Part shown: piece by piece, positions 55,847 to 64,000 of the stretch
How positions within the stretch are numbered: position 1 is the first letter of the stretch
How the letters are laid out: each line of letters begins with the position of its first letter
From: an uncultured Candidatus Peribacteria bacterium
GTDB lineage: Bacteria; Patescibacteriota; Gracilibacteria; BD1-5; JAGOOR01
NCBI GenBank assembly: GCA_964521495.1
Contig: CAZFTF010000004.1
Span: 15,889 to 79,888, forward strand
DNA: 64,000 nucleotides
Direction of reading: 5' to 3'
Program-made: the position numbers and the translations under genes
Notes under the pieces: model-generated
Told to the model about the DNA's origin: nothing
Databases searched by the model: none
What the model saw: only the letters and a program-made list of their open reading frames with translations

Positions 55847-55887
55847 ATCTCTTGAAAAATATAAGAATTCGATACAATCCACCATCT

Positions 55888-57000
55888 ATGAAATCTATCA
55901 AAACCTCTTTTGAGCTTCTGACATTTTACCATTTTGTGGATATTCCAGAAAATGAAGTGAAATCAGTCGTAGCTGACCATCTTTCCTTTTGTCATGATAT
56001 AGGACTCAAAGGTCGTATCTATATCGGTACAGAGGGGATTAGTTCGACCGTTTCTGGGAATCTCGGGCAATGTCGAGCGTATCGTCTGTATCTCGAGAAT
56101 TCGAAGTATTTCAAGGGCATTGCTGATATTGATACAAAGTCTACAATAGTTGATGGGCACCAATTTGCTAAGATGACGGTCAAATCTCGCAATGAGATTG
56201 TTGTGCTCTGAGAAAAGGTGACGGCAGAAGAGGTTCAGAAATATAAAAAAGAACTGACCCCAGAAGAATTCAAACGCATCGTCGATGAGGGTGATGAGAA
56301 TTATCTGATTCTCGATATGCGCAATGATTATGAGTATCGCTTAGGACATTTCAAAGGTGCTATTCCTGCAGGAACGGTAAACTTTCGAGAAGTACCACAA
56401 CTCCTCGAACGCTACAAAGAAAAAGCACAAGGCAAGAAAATTATCTGGTATTGTACTGGTGGGATTCGTTGTGAAAAAGCAGCAGTTCTGGCAAATAAAT
56501 CAGGCATTGCTGATATTTATGCGATTGAAGGGGGAGTGGTGAAATATGTGAATAAATACAATGATGGAAACTGGTTGGGCAATCTCTACACTTTTGACGG
56601 CAGGGTAAGCACACAAGTAGGAGATGATAAGACGCACACAATGATTGGTACGTGTCTGCATTCTGGCAAACTCACTGATAACTGTGATAATTGTCGCCAT
56701 ACGCCATGTAATGCTCGTATGATTGTCGACCCAAAGGAACATAAGAGGCATCTCGGATTTTGCTCTCAAGAATGTTTCGAAAAGGCTCAAAAGGATCTCC
56801 TTATCAAAGATGTGGAGTGGGACTCCTTGAAAATACAAAAGAATACTACTTATAAAGAACTTCGATCGCTGGTGAAAAATAATAAAATAAGCTTACCAGA
56901 AGCACAAAATTTGGTTGCGAAGCATTTCCAAAAAACACTTGGAAAAACTACTTTCCCACATCAGGAAAGTCAAAAAGAGGGAGTAATAGAGATGGATTAA
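55888..57000 (+). CDS. trhO: Rhodanese-domain tRNA uridine(34) hydroxylase TrhO (UPF0176/YceA family)
   Basis: ATG 55888 lies within track ORF 55837..56211, which is in frame with 56218..57000. Motifs: FELLTFYHFVDI, GRIYIGTEGISSTVSG, rhodanese CTGGIRCEKA and a C-terminal Cys cluster. Confidence 0.8.
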
Positions 57001-58470
57001 TTATTTCTTTTTCTTCTCCTCTTCTGGTGCTTTTCCTGAGAGATAGGTCTCGATAGTGTCTGCCCAGATTCACCCTGCATCTATTTGCGCTGCTTTCTCG
57101 AGCATAGGCTTTGCGATATCTTTTTCGCCTTTTTCGGTATGAATAATTCCGGCCTGTACAAGCGCAATGAGATGGTTTGGATTTTTTAGAAGCACCGTCT
57201 TGGCGAGGGTGAGCCCAACTTCCCTATTATCTGTGAGTCGCATATACCATGCCCGTAAGCTCTGAATATCAGCGGAATCAGGAGATTTTTCAACACCTAT
57301 TTTTATCCATTTTTCTGCGAGGTCAGTCCTGTTTTCTGTTAGGGCGAGATAGAGAGCATTGGTGATATCGAGTTCTGTCGCCTCGGGAGCTGCTACGAGA
57401 TAATCAAGAACCTGAAACATATTTTCATTCATCCCGAGAATGCCATAATTGTAGGCGAGCTTTCGTTCGACAATATTTTTTGGCTTATACCCGCCAAGGA
57501 TCGCATTGTTGAAATAGAGGTTAGAGAGTTTGTAATCCTGACGCTCAAAATAAATCAAACCAAGAATAAAATCCACTTCAGAATCTTTTGAATCAAGAGT
57601 TTTGTATTTTTTGAGAGCATTCTCAGCGCGTTCAAACTGGTTCGTGAGATAGGCAGAGAAACCAACTATCTTGAGAATAGGCTTGTAATCAGGTCTTCTT
57701 GAGAGGAGATTTGATCCCACACGAATAACCGTGCTATAATCCTTATTTTGATAGAATGCCCCGATGAGAAGCGCCTCTTTATAATTTATATCAGTATTTT
57801 GGAGATTCTTGAAGTCATTAAGAGCTTTTTTGAGAGCATTGATTGAATGGTAATCAAATCCATATTGTTTGATACTATTCTCACAATCAATAAAAGTATT
57901 TTCACATGTCCATGATATTTCATGGGCCTTTTTGATATAGGGGGGGATATCTACCCGGGAAAGCAGAGATAGAAATTCCTTGTTTCCAGTGTAGCGCATA
58001 CTCATTAAAAGCTCTTCTTTTTCTCGCAGAGAAAGACTCTCAAGCGTCTCTGTATACCACTCAATGCTTTTAGTGAAATTTCTAGCTTCAAATGCGATAG
58101 CGGCAGCTCTTTTCTTATAGGTATCCTCTGGATCCAGAGAGATAACTCGCTCATAGATATCGAGAGCATCGTGGTATTCATTGTTGAGCCCGAGGTAATC
58201 AGCTTTTTTGGAGAGAAGAAGCGCTCGTTCTTTTTTTATTGTAGATGAGAGAAGTGCATCACTTGCTCGTTCTTTTTCGATTCGCAGAGCTTTCTTTTTT
58301 TCTATTCTTTGTGTTTCAGAGACTATAGGTATGGTTACTTCTGGCTCCAGTACGGGCACAACAGGTTCAGGTTTCTTTCCTTGAAACCATATCCAACCAA
58401 GAGAGAGCCCCACGATAAGAAAAAGAGAAGCAAAGATAATCAATCTTTTTGTGAAGAATCAGTGAAGCAT
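57001..58470 (-). CDS. Membrane-anchored tetratricopeptide (TPR) repeat protein
   Basis: Track ORF 57070..58443 extends both ways through TGA: ATG 58468-58470 to TAA 57001-57003. It has an N-terminal TM followed by repeated TPR-like A/Y/L patterns. Its stop abuts the trhO stop. Confidence 0.7.
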
Positions 58471-58528
58471 CTTGTAAGAGTAAAAAAATAAGTACACTTA
58501 ATGACAGTATTTTATAACTTTTCTTTTT

Positions 58529-60760
58529 ATGTACAAGCGTTTTACTCTTGCTCTTGCTATGGCTATGGTCTTTGCAAGTTTCACAGCTTATGCTGATGTT
58601 GAAGATAATCAGATCATTGATAAAGAAAGGGGGACAGAAGAAGCTGTGTCATTTCAAAAATTCTCTTCATGTGAAGCCATGGATACTGTTTTGAAAAAAT
58701 ATTTCAAAGATGCTCTCTTGGAGCAGGTTGATCTCTATGGAAAACCAATGCCAATAGAGGGGGATATGGGTGGAGTAAGGCAAGATATGGCAGAAGGAAT
58801 TGGTGGTGGGGGTGATGGTGGACCGAGCTTTAGTGGTACCAATGTACAGGTAGAGGGTATCGATGAATCAGAAGTCATCAAAACAGATGGAAAATATATT
58901 TACTATGCAAGCAATACGCCAGAAACAGATGGATTTCAATATGTCACTATCGCCCTTGCTTCATCAGCAAAAGAGTTGTCTATTGTGAAAAAAATCAAAC
59001 TCCCAACCAATTATGGCAACATCCAGCTCTATCTCGCTGATAAAAAACTCACCATCCTTGCGAATAAATGGAATCAGAACTATAATTATAACCCTTCCCC
59101 TATTGCTATTGGGAATGGAAGTATGACAGTGGTAGCGGTATATGATATCACTGATGTCATGACGCCAAAACTCGAGAGATTTTATACAGTTTCTGGTGAC
59201 TATTCTCAGTCACGACGAGAAGGTGATTATCTCTATGTCCTTTCACAGAATTGGGTTAATCTCAATGTTTGGGGAAATTCTGGAGCGTATACTAAAAATG
59301 AAATCACAGCCTTTGTTGACACGAAATTTAACACTCAGAAAATACTTCCCAAAACAGTCGATATTCATACTTCGAGTAATGTAGAAAAACAGTTTACCCT
59401 CAAAGGTAAAAAAATACCCTACGCTCTAGAAAAGGGGACAGTATGATGTGATGAGATAGAGTATATTCTCCCAAAGAAACCACAAGGGCTCTCATTTTTG
59501 ACACTCTCAATTATACCGCTTAAAGGCGAGAATTCTGTTAAGAAAAAAGTAATTTATGGAGATGCAAGTCAATTTTTTATGACACAAGGAAGTCTCTATA
59601 TCGTGAGTAATTATTGGAAACAAGGAACAGGAGACAGTACATGTCCTCCAAATGCTCGATGTATTATGCCTATGTTCCGATCAGAACAGAATGCTCTCAT
59701 CCATCGTTTTAGTACCAAGAAGGACTCTGTAAAATATGAGTACTCTGTTCTCACTCCAGGTATGCCACTTTCACAGTATGCTCTGAATGAAAAAAATGAT
59801 ATTCTCTTTACAGCCAATCAGAAAGATTGGATGACAAATGGGGTAGATATTTTTGCCATTGATTCCACAGGAAAACTCCTCTCCAAGCTTGAAAATGTCT
59901 GAGAAAAAGAACGTTTCCAAGCAGCTCGCTATATTGGAGACCGTCTCTACCTGGTAACTTTTGAGCAAATAGATCCTCTCTTTGTCATTGATACCAAGGA
60001 TGCGAAAAATATGACTATTCTCGGGGAACTCAAGATGCCATGATATTCTACTTACCTACATCCTTATGATGCGACACATCTCATTGGCGTTGGTTTTGAC
60101 ACAAAGCCAAATCAATGGGGGGGTACTACAAATGGAGGCCTCAAATTTGATCTCTACGATGTAGCTGATATCAAGAATCCAAAACAAAAATTCTCAAAAG
60201 TTATTGGAGGAATAGGTTCATCTTCTGATGCTCTTTGGAATCCACGAGCACTCGTTTGGGATGGAGCCAAGAAGACTCTTCTTCTTCCAGTACAGCTCAT
60301 GGATCAGAATCAGGTGACCTATCAATCAACATACGCATGGCAGGGGCTTCTTGCAATGAAGATAAGCACGGAGGGAATCTCTGAAGCTGGACGGGTGACA
60401 CATATTGATATGACAGGTATTGCCGAAAAACGTAAGCAAGAATGTGCTCAATATAATACTGTTGTAAATGAAGAGAAGTGCTACACGCATATTACTACTG
60501 GTGAAAAAATATGTGTGAAACCATCAGAGAATCCAAATAATCAAAATATTCCAGCTTATTGTTTTGCTGAAAATGATGATTCATCCTATCTTGCAAATCA
60601 AATATGGAATTATTACCCATATTTTGTCCAAAGAGGTCTCTATATAGGGGATACTCTCTATACAGCATCACCAGCCTTGATACAGGCAAACCAATATGGT
60701 GGATCATATAGCTTTATTAAAAAAGTAGAGAATGGGAATATAGCGGAAGCCAAAGGGTAA
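58529..60760 (+). CDS. Secreted beta-propeller domain protein
   Basis: Track ORFs 58529..59446, 59498..59902 and 60299..60760 share one frame, joined by TGA. It has a signal peptide and TNVQVEGIDESEVIKTDGKYIYY, typical of the bacterial/archaeal beta-propeller-domain family. Confidence 0.75.
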
Positions 60761-60775
60761 AGCTGTGCTTATTTT

Positions 60776-60803
60776 AAAAACTCCTTCAATTGAAGGAGTT
60801 TTT
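60776..60803. terminator. Bidirectional rho-independent terminator
   Basis: AAAAA-CTCCTTC-AATT-GAAGGAG-TTTTT sits between convergent genes. The minus-strand stop (60803-60805) lies in the T-tract. Confidence 0.7.
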
Positions 60804-61609
60804 TAATGATGCCCATGATCACCACCGTGCCCGCCATGTCCTCATCATTCACCGTGCCCGCCTCAGTGACCTCATCCACTCATCTTGTTGATACTGGTGA
60901 AAATAAGATGAATAATTCCAGCGATTCCAGCTGAAATTCAGATGGGAATATTTATGTCCATTGAGTTATTGAGAAGTGCACAAACGAGAGTCACCAGAAT
61001 AATCGTGCGAGTCGGGCCAAAAATGAGAGCGACTACTAATGCTTTTAAGACATACCCTACGATTTCTCCGATAATTCTCCCTATCATCCCAAAGATATAA
61101 GCTCATTGGTCACCAAACCAGTGGCCTGTGCTGACAAAACTTGAAAAGGGATTTGCATGGTGTCCATGGGAATGTCACCCATGCTCGTGACCACTATGGT
61201 CATGGTGTCAATGATGTGATTCATATAACCCATGATGATCATCGTGGTGTTCATTATGTACGTGTCATGTAGCATGCTCTGAGTGAGCATGTGGCGTATG
61301 AGATGCAGTTGCCTCGTGATATACCTCCTCGTGTGTATTGGTTGAATGTTCTGATGTGTGTGAATGTTTCTCCGTTCAGTGACTATGTGGTGTATGAATT
61401 TTTTTTGGGACAGAAGGGATGTGATGAATAATCACACGAGCCATAGGATCAAGTCCACTGTGCCCCATCCACTTATGAGCTACATGATGAAGTTTGTTTG
61501 GTGAATTGTGAAGAAGTTTCTTTGTCTCGATGGTTCGTTCGGAAATAGTATCTTCTTCGAGAAGGTAGGAAATATGTTTTTCGGGTACTATGCGTTTTTC
61601 AGGGTCCAT
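60803..61609 (-). CDS. Histidine-rich membrane protein with a Gly/His repeat tail
   Basis: Track ORF 61376..61609 continues through many TGA to TAA 60803-60805, 268 aa, checked codon by codon. A His-rich N-terminal region is followed by about three TM helices and the tail GGGHGGGHGEGGGHGGHGGDHGHH. Confidence 0.6.
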
Positions 61610-61657
61610 AAAATATCTCCTGATTGTAGGTATTTTTTTCTGGAGGCAATATTATTT

Positions 61658-64000
61658 TTAATCCCCAATAAGATCAAGTTGTGGTCATATATTCTCGAAA
61701 TATTTATTGAGAATATTTACCATTGTGTCTGATGGAATTTGTAATTGTTGTGTATAAAACTTCACCCAATCAAATCCATTTTCTTGTGATTTCATAACTT
61801 CTTGATCACCATTCAATGAAAAACGAACATCTTTTATTGAGGAATTATCTTTTGCATATATGAGTCATGTACCTTCTTTGTAATAGAATGGTCTTTTCGT
61901 GCCATCTTCAGATTTCCATGTTTTGTCTCATATAATTTCGGCCGATCATCCACCCCCCGGTCCACCATAATATTCTCTTCGTTTTCTCGTGTTTACTTCG
62001 TTATTAAGCCATTCCATATAATAGAGTGAGAGATTTGCCATCGCTACGGCTTGGTGAAACTCTAGGTATCCAGAGAGAGCACCATATTCTTTTGAGTAGA
62101 GAACCCATTGTCCATGACTTTCTGTGGATTGTTTGATTGTGATCGTATCATGTGAAAATGCAGGTCGAGAGAGAGTGATTGTCTTTTGGTCCTCGATCTC
62201 ATAATTGAGCTGGGTCCAGTTTGCACCATTTTCATATCCCTTGAGACGCTCGATTTCACCGATGTACCATTGTTTGATTTTTGTATCGTCAGTTGTATTT
62301 GGGGGAGTATTGGAAGGAGAATAATCTGCTGGTTGAGGAATATAATCTCTGATGCACTGTGGTACTGTTTGTCATTTCTTATAAATATTTTTGAAATAAT
62401 ATTCCACGAGCACCTTAAATACTTGGAGTATTTCTTCTGATGAAATCTGTCGCCCAAGAAGTGCAATATTTGCTATATTATTTTTGAGAAGGTCATTGAT
62501 ACTTTCCGTGGGAACATTCTGTTCGATAAAAAACTTGAGAGTATCTCATATTCCCTTGCGAGAACGCATCAGATCTGTCATTTCACGATTTTGACCGTTT
62601 ATAGTCGGCATAGCTGCCATAATTTGTGCTAATCAACCACTTGGATCGACAGGTACTAGGTTGATGATTGCATCAATTTCACGTTTTTGTTCTTCTGGTG
62701 TTTTGCCCGGCGTAATTTGTATGATATCTTTTTGTTCTTGTTCCCAAACAAATTTATCGAGAAAACCCTGGTATGTCTCCGGATCCTCAAAGGGGGTTTT
62801 CCAAGTATCTCTGTAGACACCAGCATAACTGTAAACATCTACATCATCTGATACATCATTTGCGAGCTGTCTGACTTGTTTCCAGAGAGATAGTGCATTT
62901 TTATATTCCACTGTTTGTTCCTGGGCTGTTTTTTTAGTATCTATGTCTCGCATTTTTTGTAGAAGAGTTTTATTCGTTATAAAATCTTCACTCCCAAGTC
63001 TTCGTCCTGTAAAGAAATACTTGATAGTATACATCGTATTACCTTCCTCGGCAGCATCTTCTTTTTTCCCAATAGCACTTCTATTGGCGTCTTCCTTGAT
63101 AATCGCTGTATCGAGCTTTCCATATCATGCGTTCATTTTTGTTGCCATTTGCGTATATGACAGATGCTCGTTTTGTGTCATGGCTCACATTTGCTTGAGA
63201 GTGTTTTCGAGATCTTCTTCTTGTTTTTTGAGAAGGCAATATTTACCATAAAAATCAGGTATTTGTCTTTTTCACCACGCTTCTCGTCATTCTTGATCTC
63301 AGAAGGTATAAAATCGTACGAGTTTTCCTTGAAGAGGCTTTCACGCCACCTGAGTCAGTATTTTATTATCCCAATACGTGAAAATATTATCACCTCCTAC
63401 CTCATCTCATGCTCAGAATTTAATCGGTATATTCCCTGAACTAGCCAGAAATTCATGTTCCCGTGCGACAGTTTGATGGAGATAGGTCATTTGTTCTCTC
63501 GCAGGGTCATAATTGACTATTCATACCCCCTCAAATATTTGTTGCACCCATGTAATAGGCACGTCTACAGAGGAGAGCACCTGTGAAATACCATTCGTCA
63601 CGACAGTATCTGGTATTGAGTCATCCACCCAACCGATGGCTTTATTGAAATTTTCAGCAGCTCGCGGGTTTGAGAAAACGGCAATAAATGTACCGACAAT
63701 AAGAGCGGTACTTACTATTGGACCACCTTTCCCAAGAAGTTTCGAGAGATATGCTGCGACTTTTGCCATTCCCGGAGCCTTACTTATCAATCAAATAAGG
63801 GCAGCAGCTCATCGACTCATCAGGATCATAGATCCGTATTCCAGGAGTGCTTTTTTCTTATCAACAGCGTTGTGAATGTAGAGCCCCATGATAAATAACG
63901 GGACTGCTCATGCTCATATTCGGAGACATTGTCGCATCAAATCCTTACCGATTTCCGTTGTTTTGGACCAAGTCTGAAATGATTTCTTTGCTACTTCTAT
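61658..64000 (-). CDS. Large hypothetical membrane-associated protein (partial; N-terminus beyond the window)
   Basis: Track ORFs 62633..63034 and 63521..63790 share a frame that stays free of TAA/TAG from the window edge to TAA 61658-61660, so at least 780 codons. I walked 61658-61744 and 62279-64000 codon by codon; 61745-62278 I read only by eye. There are TM segments near the window end. No family was recognised. Confidence 0.6.

Noticed and set aside
62062-62466. A 134-aa minus-strand track ORF (MHFLGDRFHQKKY...).
   Set aside because: It is out of frame relative to the long table-25 CDS 61658..64000 that covers it. Its composition (S, K, Q, I-rich) looks non-protein-like.
1-64000. The alternative that TGA encodes Trp (table 4, Mycoplasma-type), or that the genes are pseudogenes.
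   Set aside because: TGA falls on invariant Gly positions (DTPG, GLGNPG, LGMDL, TPIGNL, LRGPRG), not on Trp. The breaks affect essentially all essential genes and never shift the frame, which argues against pseudogenisation.
1-64000. Search for CRISPR arrays, transposases, integrases, prophage blocks and rRNA genes.
   Set aside because: I saw no regularly spaced direct repeats, no recognisable transposase, integrase or recombinase motifs and no rRNA-like sequence. The only sizeable repeat is the tandem paralog pair at 18921..22399.

Overview
This window comes from a compact, gene-dense, AT-rich (judged by eye) bacterial genome that reads UGA as glycine (translation table 25). That code is known only from the CPR lineages Gracilibacteria (BD1-5) and Absconditabacteria (SR1). 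The supplied standard-code ORF track therefore cuts almost every real gene into pieces. I re-joined the pieces by reading TGA as Gly, and every CDS I call ends in TAA or TAG. Content is mainly housekeeping: nusA, rlmE, rsmI, leuS, glyA, a class-B PBP, pyk, hrcA, recF, dnaN, tRNA-Leu(CAA), trxA, pnp, pth, rpsP, khpA, dtd, lepA, murF, arfB, hppA and trhO. Around these sit transporters (Na/Pi, ZIP, MscS, a K+ channel), scattered type-IV-secretion-like pieces (two VirB2/TrbC-like small proteins, and PrgI followed by a VirB4 N-domain-only gene) and many lineage-specific hypothetical proteins. I found no rRNA, CRISPR array, transposase or integrase. The most interesting items are: (1) an apparently complete NUDIX-fold domain inserted in frame inside leucyl-tRNA synthetase; (2) the UGA=Gly recoding itself; (3) a tandem pair of 577-aa cysteine-rich zinc-ribbon proteins; (4) a dtd/lepA convergent junction where dtd has no stop at its natural end and LepA has lost its conserved C-terminus; (5) a structured, GC-enriched 420-bp intergenic region; (6) a GTGCATA repeat cluster upstream of pnp; (7) a histidine-rich membrane protein; (8) a squalene/phytoene-synthase-like gene. 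All coordinates and translations were worked out by hand, without tools, so starts in particular are provisional.
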